Source of the DNA: Rhizophagus irregularis
Lineage: Eukaryota
DNA length: 64,000 nucleotides
NCBI RefSeq assembly: GCF_026210795.1
Contig: NC_089430.1
Location: 5,022,001-5,086,000, forward strand
Direction of reading: 5' to 3'
Shown here: one piece after another, positions 1 through 13,632 of the stretch
Layout of the letters: each line of letters starts with the position of its first letter
Numbering within the stretch: the first letter of the stretch is position 1
The notes under the pieces: generated by a model
The model's database searches: none
The model's input: the letters and a program-made list of their open reading frames with translations, nothing else
What the model was told of the DNA's origin: nothing
Program-made: the position numbers and the translations under genes

Positions 1-701
1 GACCAGGCCGCAGGTATATCGTAAATCATAATAGTTCGCACTTGACCTTTTTGCGAATTATGTATTACATTGTTATTAATAGTCATCTTAGTGATCTTGC
101 CTTTTGTAATTTGTGATTCCGAAGATGTTACATTTTTCGGAATCTGAGAACCAATCGGCTTGGATATAGATGTAGATGATTGATCAACATTGGATGAACC
201 TTCCTGATTTGGTTGGGACGCGGTTGTATCCGGATCTACATTGTCATCTATGTTCATGGATTCGTCGATCACAAGATTGGCGTCTGCATCATCTGATACA
301 GGCGCTTTTTGTTTGCCGACCTTCTTCTCCTTTTTTTTTAGCTGCGCCTCAACAGCGCTTTGAACGAGTGAAGGAAGAGCATTTTGGTAACGTGAGCTTA
401 AACTATCCAGTGTTTGTCGAGCTTTGCAGCGAGCTCCTGAGATTATCGCTTGATTTAAGGTTCTCGTAAACTGTTTAGTAACTCTTACATTATCCAGTAT
501 AGACCGCTCTGTGACTATGTCGCCTTTTGGAACGAGTTTAGCAGTTGCAGTCTTATAAAATTCAGACTCTACATCACCACACTGTAAGTAATCAAATATT
601 ATGTCCCCTAATAAAGAAGCGAACGAGTTGGTGAAGGAGTCGACGAACTCTTGTACGGGTATAGACTGTTGTGAAGATTTCTTTTTATTACTTTTACCCA
701 T
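1..701 (-). CDS. Hypothetical protein, N-terminal part (runs off the window edge); possibly ORF1-like protein of a non-LTR retroelement
   Basis: ATG at 701-699 opens a stop-free minus frame of about 233 codons: MGKSNKKKSSQQSIPVQEFVDSF...KGQVRTIMIYDIPAAWS. It is intronless and GC-richer than its flanks, and absent from the ORF track because it has no stop in the window. The retroelement assignment is inference. Confidence 0.55.
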   Translation of the reverse strand, partial: MGKSNKKKSSQQSIPVQEFVDSFTNSFASLLGDIIFDYLQCGDVESEFYKTATAKLVPKGDIVTERSILDNVRVTKQFTRTLNQAIISGARCKARQTLDSLSSRYQNALPSLVQSAVEAQLKKKEKKVGKQKAPVSDDADANLVIDESMNIDDNVDPDTTASQPNQEGSSNVDQSSTSISKPIGSQIPKNVTSSESQITKGKITKMTINNNVIHNSQKGQVRTIMIYDIPAAW

Positions 702-833
702 TTCTTATATGTAAATTTTTTCTTAGTATTTTTTGAAAAAAATTTTTTTAAGAAAGAGTTTTTTATTCCAATAAAATGATTACGCAATTCCCATGACTAT
801 TACATAATTAAACTAATCGAATCACATGACAAA

Positions 834-1453
834 AGCATAGCGGACATCCCTATTTTATCACAATACTGACTGATCATTTGTCGATCATTTGCCGATCATT
901 TTTCAATTATCACATAATATAAATACCGTTGCTAAAAAAATTTACATAATAATTAATATGTTCAAATTTCACAAATAACTTAAATTTAGTTTTAATTTAT
1001 TGTGTATTAAATTTCATTAGATTTTATTAGTATTTGGCATATATTTATTCATTTTACGAAATTATTCACTAATTATGTTACTAATAAAAACCTGCATTAT
1101 GAATCAGATCACTGCATTATTTTTTTTATAGATTCTACATAATATAAAGAATATTTGTGCAAATTCTTAAGTTTCGCACTCACATATTCATCTTCGCACT
1201 TCAATTTTTGTCTGATGATCGGCAATAATTAGTGAATTACCATATACAAATAATATTTTTATGATATTATTAAAAATTGTCTAATAATTACATAATTAAA
1301 GTCATATGATAATTTAGTGTTTTTACTTAGATTTCCATTATTTTTTTGCCACAAAATTTGAAAAATATTTGTGATTTTGCAATAAGTTTTTAAAATCCGG
1401 AATTAGTGATCAGCAAATGATCGGCAAGGTGATATGAGCATGTCCGCTATGCT
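834..1453. mobile_element. Non-autonomous Mutator (MULE)-like MITE, 620 bp
   Basis: TIR AGCATAGCGGACAT (834-847) / ATGTCCGCTATGCT (1440-1453). Perfect 9-bp TSD CATGACAAA at 825-833 and 1454-1462. Subterminal TGCCGATCATTT / AAATGATCGGCA motifs. Confidence 0.85.
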
Positions 1454-1950
1454 CATGACAAATGGGTATAGCGATAAATCGCATATGCGATAAATCATAA
1501 TTTTCTTAAAATAATATGATTGATAAGCAATACACATAATTATGCATAAGTATTGTTCTTATATATCATTGACACTTTGACAGAACAGATATTTATAATA
1601 GTATTAGCTTATAACTTTATAAGCATAAGTATCTATGTATATAATAATGAACATATGTTTTAGCTTAAAAAGTTTCACCAATTTTCTTAATATTCGTGTT
1701 ATTTTAAAAAAATTCACGTATTTAAATTGAATATGATTGCAAATAATTTTTATAAAAAAATTCAGCCCACATCACACAAATCACTGATTGATCAGCAATA
1801 CATAATTATGCATAAATATTGTTCTTTCATTTATAAAGCATCGGGTGAAATTTTTTTTTCTTACTAAAAATTTTTTTTTAATTTCTTCCTTTTACATGTA
1901 TGAATTTTATTTGAAAAAAACTCTCAACAGATTCTTTTATCAAAAGTAAA

Positions 1951-4900
1951 ATGCTGATTAATTCATATGATTGTGATTGTGATTATGAATGTAATGCAAA
2001 ACGGTTTAAACGAAATTTTAAAAATTGGACTAGTGGTAATAATAATATTGATAAATTTATTCAAGATACCCAGCTATTAGAGCATAATTATTATAAGTTA
2101 CATAATGCTTTAGAATGGATACCTTATGATAAACTTTATGATATCAAATATATTACAGAAGATAATAAATTTGGTAAAGTGTATAGAGCAAATTGGATTG
2201 ATGGATATATAGATATATGGGATCATGAAAATCAAAATTGGGGAAGAGAAGATCAAAATATATTTGTAATTCTGAAAATTATAGATAATCCATCAAGCAT
2301 TACATTAGAATTTATAAATAAGGTATAATAAATTTTCATTTTATGAATTATAATATAAATTAATTACATTGTACTGTGCATTTTGTGAAAAAAAAGCCAA
2401 TTGTTTAAAAACTAGTTAAAATTTTATTTTTACTAATATTTCTAACTTTAATATATTATAGATTGCAGTGCCTCATAAAGTTTTTGGAATAACTCAAGAT
2501 CCAGAAACCAAGAACTATATGGTGGTTTCGAATATCAATAAATGTGGAATATGCTATGCTACATGTAATTCAATGTGTTTTCAACGAAATTTTGAAAATT
2601 GGACTAGTGGTAATAATGATATTGATAAATTTATTCAAGATATCCAGCTATTAGATCATGATAATGCAAATGAAGCATTAGAATGGATATCTTATGATAG
2701 ACTTTATAATGTTAATTATATTGCAGAAGATAATAAGTTTGGTAAAGTGTATAGAGCAAATTGGATTGATGGATATATATATACTAGTAGTCGGAATAAT
2801 TATGTTCAAAATTGGATAAGAAAAGATCAAAATATGTTTGTAATTCTGAAAATTTTAAATAATCCAGCAAGTATTACATTAAAACTTATAAATAAGGTAT
2901 AATTAATTATTAAAAGTTTCATTTTTTCGTGAATTAATGCAATTGTACTGTGATATTTTGTGAAAAAAAATCGCCAGTTGATTTAAAAACAAATAATGAA
3001 AATTTTACTTTTGCTGATATTTCTACTTTAATATATTGTAGATTGCAGTATCTTCTAAAGTTTATGGAATAACTCAAAATCCAGAAACCAAGAACTATAT
3101 GGTAGTTTTAAAAGATACATGTGAAAAATGTAATAAAGTGTGTAATTCAATACATTTTCAACGAAATTTTAAAAATTGGACTAGTGGTAATGATGATATT
3201 AATAAATTTATTCAAGATACTCAGCTGTCAGTTCATAATTATTATGAGGTAAAAAATGCATTAGAATGGATACCTTATAATAGATTGTATGATATTAAAT
3301 ATATTACAGAAGATAATAAGGTTGGTAAAGTGTATAGAGCAAATTGGACTGATGGGCGTATAGGTAGTGATAATTATAGGATTGAGATTTGGAATGATAA
3401 CCAAAATTGGATAAGAAAAGATCAAAATATGTTTGTAATTCTGAAAATTTTAAATAATCCAGCAAGTATTACATTAAAACTTATAAATAAGGTATAGTAA
3501 ATTTATTAAAAGTTTCATTTTTTTGTGAATTTTAATATAAATTAATCGTACCATTTATGAAAAAAAATTGCCAAATGCTTAAAAAGCAAATAGTTGAAAT
3601 TTTAATTTTTACTAATATTTCTAACTTTAAATACATTATAGATTGCAGTATTTTCTAAAGTTTATGGAATAACTCAAAATTCAGAAACCAAGAACTATAT
3701 GGTAGTTTTGGAAAATATATGTGAAAAATGTAATAAAGTGTGTATTGCAATTCATTTTCAAAATAGATTCATACATTGGACTAGTGGTAATAATGATATT
3801 GATGAATTTATTCAAGATACTCAGCTGTCAGTTCATAATTATTATGAGGTAGAAAATGCATTAGAATGGATACCTTATGATAGACTTTATGATGTTAAAT
3901 ATATTGCAGAAGATGATGAGTTTGGCAAAGTGTACAGAGCAAATTGGACTGATGGACATATAGGTGGTGGAAATTGGAAAAGAAAAGATCAAAATATGTT
4001 TGTAATTCTGAAAATTTTAAATAATCCAGCAAGTATTACATTAAAACTTATAAATAAGGTATAATAAATTTATTAAAGTTTCATTTTTTTAGTGAATTGT
4101 AATATAAATTAATTGTATCATTTGTGAAAAAAAAAAAAATTGCCAGATGTTTAAAAAACAAATAGTTGAAATTTTTATTTTTACTAATATTTCTAATTTT
4201 AAATACATTATAGATTGCAGTATCTTTTAAAGTTTATGGAATAACTCAAAATCCAGAAACCAAGAACTATATGGTTGTTTTGGAAAATATATGTGAAAAA
4301 TGTAATAAAGTGTGTAATGCAATTTATCTTCAAAATAGATTTATACATTGGACTAGTGGTAATGATGATATTGATAAATTTATTCAAGATACTCAGCTGT
4401 CAGCTCATGATGATGCAGATGAAGCATTAGAATGGATACCATATAATAGATTGCATAGTATTAAATATATTACAAAAGATAATAAGTACAGAGCAAATTG
4501 GATTGATGGTAAATATATATTTGTAATTCTGAAAATTTTATATAATCCAGCAAGTATTACATTAAAATTTATAAATAAGGTATAATGAATTTATTATAAG
4601 TTTCATTTTTTTGTGAATTAATGTAATTGTACTGTGCTATTTTGTGAAAAAAAATTGCCAGTTGATTTAAAAACAAATAGATATATATTTTACTTTTGCT
4701 GATATTTCTACTTTAATATATTGTAGTATAAAGTTTATGGAATAACTCAAGATCCAGAAACCAAGAAATATATGGTAGTTTTGAATGATATATGTGAAAA
4801 ATGTGATGAAGTGTGTAATTCAATACATTTTCAACAAGATTTTAAATATTGGACTAGTGGTAATGTTGATATTGATAAATTTATTCAAGATATTCAGCTG

Positions 4901-7877
4901 TCAGTTCATAATTATTATGAGGTAAAAAATGCATTAGAATGGATACCTTATCATAGACTTCATGATGTTAAATATATTGCAGAAGATGATAAGTTTGGCA
5001 AGGTGTACAGAGCAAATTGGATTGATGGATGTATATATGTTCGGAAGAATTATGTTCATTGGGAAAGAAAAGATCAAAATATGCTTGTATTTCTGAGAAT
5101 TTTAAATAATCCAGCAAGTATTACATTAAAACTTATAAATAAGGTATAATAAATTTATTAAAAGTTTAAAGTTTCGAATTGTAAATATAAATTAATCACA
5201 TTATACTGCGCTATCTGATGAAATAAATTGCCAGTTGTTTAAATAGCAAAAAGTTGAAATTTTATTTCTACTAATATCCCTAACTCTAATATATTGTAGA
5301 TTGCAGTATCAATTGCAGTATCCTATAAAATTTATGGAATAACTCAAAATCCAGAAACCAAGAACTATATGGTAGTTTTAATAGATATATGCGAAAAATG
5401 TAATAAAGTGTGTGATTCAATACATTTTCAACGAAATTTTATAAATTGGACTAGTGGTAATGATAATATTGATAAATTTATTCAAGATACTCAGCTGTCA
5501 GTTCATAATTATTATGAGGTAAAAAATGCATTAGAATGGATACCTTATGATAGATTTTATGATGTTAAGTATATTGCAGAAGATGATGAGTTTGGCAAAA
5601 TGTACAGAGCAAATTGGATTGATGGACTCCTAAATGAATGGAATAATGAAAATCAAAATTGGATAAGAAAAGATCAAAATATGCTTGTAATTTTGAGAAT
5701 TTTAAATGATCCAGCAAGTATTACATTAAAACTTATAAATAAGGTATAATAAATTTATTAAAAGTTTCGAATTGTAATATAAATTAATCACATTATACTG
5801 TGCTATCTGATGAAAAAATTGCCAGTTGTTTAAATAGCAAAAAGTTGAAATTTTATTTCTACTAATATCCCTAACTCTAATATATTGTAGATTGCAGTAT
5901 CAATTGCAGTATCCTATGAAGTTTATGGAATAACTCAAGATCCAGAAACCAAGAACTATATGGTAGTTTTTGTAAAAAAATGTGAAAAATGTAATAAAGT
6001 GTGTAATTCAATCTATTTTCAACGAAATTTTAAAAATTGGACCAGTGGTAATAATGATATTGATAAATTCATTCAAGATACTCAGTTATCAGCTCATAGT
6101 GATATAGGAGAAGCACTAGAATGGATACCTTATGATAGATTTCGTGATATTAAATGTATTGCAAAAGGTGGGTTTGGAAAAGTATATAAAGCAAAATGGT
6201 TTGATGGTAATATATATGAATGGAATGATTATAAACAAAATTGGAAAAGGAATCAAAACATGGTTGTAGCTCTAAAAAGTTTAAATAATTCAAGAAATGT
6301 TACATTGGAATTTATGAATGAGGTAAGCTATTTAACTATTCTTAGTAAATATTTAATTTAAGTATTAATACTTCAGTTATTTATAATATTTATAGATTAC
6401 ACTACATCATAAAGTAAATTTGCATAAATGCCCTATCATGATTAAACTTTATGGAATAACTCAAGACCCAGAAACGGAAAATTATATTATGATTTTAGAT
6501 TATGCAGAAAATGGAAGTTTACGAAATTATTTAAACACAAATTATGGTGAATTGAGTTGGACTGATAAAATTAATTATTTGCATAGCATTGCACATGGAC
6601 TTAATGATATTCATGAAATAGAATTAATTCATAGAGACTTGCATACTGGTAATATATTAAGGCTCAAAAATCTCACTTGTATAACTGATATGGGATTATG
6701 TAAACCTGCTGATTGTAATACATCGGAAAATGCAAAAAGCAAAATATATGGTATTTTACCTTATATTGCGCCTGAAATTTTACGTGGACGAAATTATACC
6801 AAAGCTGCAGATATTTATAGTTTTGGTATAATAATGTATGAAGTAATTTCTGGATTACTTCCATATTATGATGTAGGTCATGATGTAAATTTAGCAGCGA
6901 ATATTTGTAAAGGACTTCGACCAAGGTTTAATATTAAAGTACCCCAATTGATTGTGCATTTAATTAAAAGATGCTTGGATGCAAATCAATCAAATCGACC
7001 AAATGCAGCAGAAATTAAAAAAACTTTAAATCAATGGCTTAGTGAATCACAAGGTTTGATAGTATATGATATTAGTAGTAGTAATAATTATACAAGTATG
7101 CGAAAGCAAATTATGGAAGTAGATGAAATAAACAAAAGTTCATCAAATAGCAGTATAACTTCGACAAATTTAGGAACATCTTATGTAACACATTCAGAAG
7201 CTGTTTATACCAGTAGATTACTTGATTTTAGTAATCTTCCTGAGCCAAAAAATTCTGATGATTATTATGAAGAAAACGGTAATATAATTAGCATGAAATT
7301 TTCAGGTATTTATTAGTAGAAAAAGATTTTATATTAATTGTAAAAAATACTGATAAGGTTTAATTTTTTAATAGAATCCTTACAAATTGATATTTCTCAA
7401 TTGAAAATTAGTAATTCTTTTGAACTAAAAAATTCTGATGATAATTATGAAAAGAATGATAATATTAAAATGAAACCTTCAGGTATACTTTCTAAAAAAA
7501 ATTAATAAAATCAATTATAAATTATTAATAAATTTTTAATTCATTAAATAGAATCCTTACAAATTGATATTTTACAGTCTCCTGAACCAGATAATTCTGA
7601 TGATTCTTACGAAAAAAATGATAATATTATTAGTATGAATTCTTCAGCAGGTATTGATTAATAAAAAATATTTAGATTGTTACTTAAAAAAAACACTAAT
7701 TTTTTTCCATTAAATAGAATCACTACAAATTGATATTTATCAATTGAACACTAGTAAAGATGGTAACTATTCTTTAGATATGTATAAAAAAAACTAGTCT
7801 ATTGTATAATATACTTATTTTATTTGTTTATTTTTTTAGACCAGGATAGAAAATCAAAAGGCAAAGAAAAAATTTAG
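1951..7877 (+). CDS. TKL-group protein kinase with 7 degenerate tandem Cys-cluster/N-lobe modules followed by a complete kinase domain (13 exons)
   Basis: Phase-0 exons 1951-2322, 2462-2896, 3042-3491, 3642-4058, 4214-4579, 4727-5143, 5300-5743 and 5891-6322, all multiples of 3 with GT-AG ends. Kinase exon 6396-7305 has HRDLHTGN, DMG, APE and DIYSFG. The eighth module supplies KGGFGKV, VALK and alphaC E. Tail exons 7375-7482, 7552-7650, 7718-7762 and 7840-7877 (TAG). Confidence 0.9.
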
Positions 7878-10075
7878 ACCAATTATAATCCTTTGCTATT
7901 TTAGTTATTAAATTTTTAAATTTTTATTTTTTTTTCGCTATTATAGTTTAAAATTTTAATTATCATTAATCTTCAGCGGAAATGTAACAAATTTATACTA
8001 TAATATAGTTTAAAAAACGGTCTTGTTTTTTATTAGCGGATTACTATTTTTAATTAGTTTGATAAAGTTATATAAATTGGAAGAATAGAAGTAGGAATAG
8101 AAATAATGATAGATAAACTTTTAAATTATACTAGCCTTATTGATTAACTTGTATGTATTTATTCATTTATTTTATATTTACTCTATTCATCAATTAAATA
8201 AAAAATTTTTTTAAAATCAAAATATAATTTAGTTTTGTTCTTAATGAAATCTGTAATAAAATGTCTATAATTATATTATCTTATAATTTATCTATTAAGA
8301 CCGAATTTACATAAAAAACTAGTAATCCATAAATTTACTAATAGTGCTTCAATAATACTAATTCTATATAAATACTGTATTATCTCAATTTAATTCTGAC
8401 AATTTTTTTTAATATACCTTTAAAAATTTTATATTTGGAAAAGTTTACATATTTTGTTGAAATTGTTATTTAGTTAAATTTTTTTTTTTGGTCTACTAGC
8501 GAAAAGTCCTTATTCGATAAAACATATCGATATCAAAGAAGAAAATAATAAAAATGTCCATAATATACAGAAAATGTTTTCTAGCTTCAATAAACAATAC
8601 TTTGTTTGCAATATTCATGCTACATTATAAATAAGCCGGAATCGAATTTCTATAATAAATTATTTTTCGTGTACTCCTTTGCAAAAAGATTTATTAAAAC
8701 GATTTTATGTTGATATCATCGTTTATTACCTTTGTGACCTCATGAAATTGTAACATATCAGTAAAATATCTATCAACTGTGTTAAGTGTTGACAAGAAAG
8801 TAGTTCAACGTTTTCATTATTACACTTTTAAAATTTATTAATATTAATTTGAGTCTGATTCTGACAGGAATTAAGATTTCATATATTTCGGTCAAATTTA
8901 ATGCTAACCAAATCCTAAAATCACGTTTCTTTCTATTTTTTCTTAACTCGATTCTCGCTGTTGATACCGTTGTTGCTACCATGGTCCATTAGACCCTGTA
9001 GGTCCTGCAAAATTTCAAAAATTACCAAATCCTCCTGGATATTAAAACTAATTTATGGAAAGCTCTTTAAATACAAGGATTTAAATAAAAGTGGAAAAAA
9101 CGAACCCTGTCGCTAGATAAAAAAATTTATTTGATCGACATTTGCAACAATTCAATATTATCATGTACTGTATAATAAATAACAAATGGTCCAGAAGAAT
9201 CAAAGTCTAGTAATATTATATAAACATTATTTTAAACGTAATCAAAAAAAAAAGAATTAAGTCAGATACATTACATTGATTTTAACGTTGCTTTCAACAA
9301 ACCTAAATTTCATCATACAGAAAAATTTATAATGTTTACCAGAATTTTATTAAGATTTTAGCATTAACAAAATTAAATAATAATATTTATTTATTTATTT
9401 TCTTTTTATCTTATATCTTAGAAGTGATGATAATTTAAGGCAATCACTTTAATACATTATAAACTTTTATAACTTTGAACTATTTTAGTTATTTAAATAA
9501 AATCTTCTGTAATTAAATGAAACTGAGCATGGATAAAAATCCCATTGATTGGTTCAATTTCAATATTGATCAGCCAATAAATTGCAAATTATCGATTTTA
9601 CGTGATATAAGAAATTACGCGGACGAAAAAAAGAAAACTTTATTTTTCATAAATTTACAACATTTATAATAAATAAAAAATTTTACAGTTCAACTACCAG
9701 TAAAAATAAACTGTGCCCATTCTTACAATATATAAATCATCCAGATTAAATTATAGAATAATGAGAAATTATGAAAAATATAGATAATTAATTATCATTC
9801 TCTTAAAAATTAATAGCTAAGTTTCCTGTGATTCAATTTGAACAATCTTTGATTTTTCTGAAAGAGAAAATAACGTTCTTTCTAGCAACTATAAAATTAT
9901 CATGATTCAATACGTCTATCTATAGTTATGGATATTTAAAGATACATAACCTTACTATTACATAAATGCTTCGGTAACGCTTTATTTCATAAATAATAAA
10001 GAATCGATGTATTCATTTTTTGCTCTATAAAATCACTCGAAAGCACACACGTTTAAAAATCAAAGTAAAGCTTTT

Positions 10076-11150
10076 TTATTTTCCATAAAGTAATATTATA
10101 AGAAAGGAACCAGTTGCTATGCAAAGCGAAATAATAAAGCGGATAGCGAGTGTTTCAAGGGAGGAATATGCCCAACCACCCCTCTTCGTGATATTTCTCT
10201 CAAAAAACTCCTGAATCGTATTCTTTTTGATTTTCCCTCCAAGTTCATGAATTTCCATTGCGACGAGAAGGCACATCTCCTCTGCTGTATTAAGTTGTTT
10301 TTCATCCCTTATTTGATCGAAAAGTTGTTTGAATCAGGTCCAGACAGTTAGGCTAATACCTCTGAATGTTATTGGACCGGAATCTGCAAATATAGCGAAT
10401 TATAGAATTATAAATTATGGATACATATATGGAATAAATTCTGGATTGCTTACCAGAACTTCCTGACGAATTTGCATGTGACTATCTTGATGTTTCTGAT
10501 TGGCTAGCCATGCTCAGCTGATCAGTTTCGACTGGCTGAATTCTTCGGGCAACAGCATATTGACGAATCATTTCATTTTGGAGATTTTCAATGGAAGCAT
10601 TAATTGCGGTGAATCATTACGGCAGGCCTCTTCGATGGTATTAAGTCTCACGGTTATGTTATTAACCATCGATAAGATTTTCTGCGCCTCTTTTGTTAAG
10701 ATGTGCCTTAATTTTTCCGATTTCTGCAGTAAGTTTATTATTAATTTCGGCATATATTCTACCGAGTTCTGCATCATATGGGCGGATTTGGCTCAAAAAA
10801 ATCACTCTGTGAGACATCACTCCACACTTTGTCGCATCTAAAAAAAAAATCTCGAATTTAGACATTGTACACAAAAAAAAAGGTTTAATTTTAATATCCA
10901 ATTAACTTATATTCAAATATGCATGTACATATTTCTTAGATACTGTACTTAATATTTTTCAAACTCGTCATTTTCATCTCGATCGATAAAATTTTTGCTA
11001 TCTTTATAAAGTAAACATTTAACATTTAATAAAGTTTAGTAACAAATCTCATTATATTTACGTTCATAAATTAATTCCACACCTTCATTTCCGTCATGAT
11101 ATCATAATTGTTAGACTCTGAAAATCGTAGTTGAATGCAAGAAGCATTGT
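10076..11150 (-). pseudogene. Disrupted multi-exon gene of unknown function with a C-terminal hydrophobic helix
   Basis: Overlapping minus ORFs 10662-10901, 10568-10777 and 10076-10276 read as one coding-like sequence across frameshifts and stops. It ends ...LAIRFIISLCIATGSFLIILLYGK. The 5' limit is uncertain. Confidence 0.4.
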
Positions 11151-11947
11151 TCTTCTTTGAACAACCAAAATTTTTTTCGTAGGTTGACAAAAAGTCCAAA
11201 TAAAAAGAAAAAATGTCGTAAGACCGTTAGTTTTACTAAATTCTAAATGAGTGAAAACAAAAATTTCTCAAAATATATTTCAAAAATGACATAATTATCT
11301 TCTATCATTGCTTGCTTCCAATAGTTTTATGATCGTTTAAGCTGACATAAATCTTGTAGAAAGGAATATTTAATAATATTATGATGCAATATAATGAAAG
11401 ATTTAATTGATGGAATCCCTAATTACGCATTAACAAAAAAATTATGTTACTGGTATATATAATTTTTGTATATTTGATAAAAAAAAAGATTACCGGGACA
11501 GAATTCTAAAACATTATCCATTATGATCGTTGATACTTAAGCATCATACTATGAATAGAATTATTAAAAGGCTATCATGAAGTCTAATGATATGAATTTG
11601 GGAAAATAAATTCTAGAATTAAAGTCAAAGGAAAATTCACATTTATACATATAGTTTATTTGTTTTTCATATTAATTGTCTCATTGTTTTGAATTTGTAA
11701 TTGAATATGTGATTATATTAACCGGTGATTTATAATTGAGCGAGCTTTATTTTAGTAAGAAATTTATAATTACAATATTTTCTTTGTTATAATATTACTT
11801 TATAAACGTGAATATTGCGAAACTGAGCAACTTTAGCAACTATGCTGTAAAATTTTACGTATGTAAGCTAAAAAGAAACCAAATTGACAATTAATTATTA
11901 ATCAAGGCATAAGAGAGTGAACTGGAAAATGTTCATTAATACCTTGT

Positions 11948-12421
11948 TCAATATTTATCGCTATCTTCATTTGTACTTGAAGGTACTTCATCCCCACTTT
12001 TTTTTTCTTCCAATTTGGCAGATTTAATTTTACAATAACCAAACTCTCTCCTATAATCAGATTCATCTTCGCTTTCGCCAAAGTGTATTTCCGCTTCGTA
12101 CTCTCTATAGTATTTGTCTTCAGCTTCTTGAATAATATCTGAATTTTTGTATAGACGTCGTGCTTCTATTCTCATTGCTTCTTGAGCTAGTTTTTTGGAG
12201 GCAAAGCAGCAAGATTCAAATGAATATTCAACAGCTTTATACGGAGAAAAAAACACCGATAAGACCCAGACTTCAGCTGGAGTTTTGGCTGGAGTTTTGG
12301 CTAGAGTCTTAGCTGGAGTCTTAGCTTGAAATAGATAAGAAATGATAAGATAAATATCAAATAAAATATAAAATACAAAAACATTTCTAATACCTTTAAC
12401 TTGCGAGTTCCCTGTTGACAT
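11948..12421 (-). CDS. Small hypothetical protein with an AKTP repeat and an acidic C-terminus (2 exons)
   Basis: Exon 12421-12394 (MSTGNSQVK), 69-nt GT-AG intron 12393-12325, exon 12324-11948 (AKTPAKTLAKTPAKTPAEVWVLSVFF...STNEDSDKY). Confidence 0.7.
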   Translation of the reverse strand: MSTGNSQVKGIRNVFVFYILFDIYLIISYLFQAKTPAKTLAKTPAKTPAEVWVLSVFFSPYKAVEYSFESCCFASKKLAQEAMRIEARRLYKNSDIIQEAEDKYYREYEAEIHFGESEDESDYRREFGYCKIKSAKLEEKKSGDEVPSSTNEDSDKY

Positions 12422-12557
12422 TCTCTTTCTTTTTTTTTTTTTTGTTATTGTTTATTGATGAACGATTTTCAACGGTAATAAGAGATAAATTCAATATATA
12501 TAAACAAATCAAGCGAAATAAAAAAATATCAGGAGTACCAAATCATTTCGGTAAATT

Positions 12558-12804
12558 GTTATTTATTACGACTACAGCAGGCTAGTGAGTACGACTACGT
12601 GTGATTACGTGTCGTACTCACGTACTCATTACCACGTGACTTGCTGCGGAATTACTATATAAGGCAAGTGTCATGATCACGTGTTGCTGCGGATTACTAT
12701 ATAAGGCAATGGCGCAGTAATCACATGTTAGTGAGTACGTGAGTACATAGTGTGACAAATAACGTAACCGTACTCACTAGCCTGCTGTAGTCGTAATAAA
12801 TAAC
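12558..12804. mobile_element. Foldback/MITE-like element with a perfect 36-bp inverted repeat
   Basis: GTTATTTATTACGACTACAGCAGGCTAGTGAGTACG (12558-12593) and its exact reverse complement (12769-12804). Internal direct repeat TTGCTGCGGA(A)TTACTATATAAGGCAA x2. No clear TSD. Confidence 0.75.
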
Positions 12805-13632
12805 CCTATAATCAAATCATTTCGATCTTTTATAGATCCTGATAAACGACGTTGTGAAACCTGAATATGCATGTGTTTTTTCCTATAGAAGTTGATGCAA
12901 ATTATAGAAGCAATAATGACGTAATTAAATACTCCTTAAAATTTTAGACAATTCGTCAAACCAGGATAAAATTTTGTAAATAATTCAATATTAGGAAAAA
13001 TATCTATAAAATATTTATCTATTTTAAATGATTGTAAATTATAAGAAGGATCGGTTATATTTTTTGTTAAAAACATTTTACATAATGATTTTGTTATTAA
13101 ATAAGTTAATTTATAAGTATTCCTTCCAATAAAAGATTTACGATAATATTTGCTAATCTTACTATCCATAACATATAAATTCCTAGCTTCTTACATACGC
13201 ATCAGTTTTAAGCATCTCATTATCACAGACTAATCTCAAACGGTACAATTTGCTAATCATTTTATTTATCCTCCATTTAAATCCGTTATGTCATATATGC
13301 TAAACCTTCTGAAATTTTAGTGTCTCGAGCGTCAGATTCAGTTGTCTCATCCGTTAATTACGAAAATAAATAAAGAGGCTTTATAAGAGACTTTTTTAAC
13401 AAGATAATGGAAATATTTTTATGGAAAGTTTATTGCCTTATAACAGAAAAGTTAACCCTCAAAATATAAATTTTCATTGTTTAAATAACTACATAGAACT
13501 TATAAGTCATTGATTATTAATTAATTGTTTAATTATGTTAACCAATACAATTACAGTAGAAATAAGCCTACAAATTTTTGAGGGAGTAGGGTTTTAACTG
13601 TAACATTGTTTGTGTTTTCCTTTGATTTCTTT

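Noticed and set aside
176..469. Plus-strand 97-aa ORF
   Set aside because: It is the shadow of the longer minus-strand ORF 701-1.
1951..6361. Treating each 100-140 aa ORF as a separate small gene
   Set aside because: Each ends at a conserved AAG|GT (last GAG|GT) donor and the next begins at an AG acceptor in phase 0, so they are exons of one gene.
12936..13200. 77-aa minus ORF as a gene
   Set aside because: It looks like an isolated fragment of a larger protein, with no supporting exons or recognisable motif.
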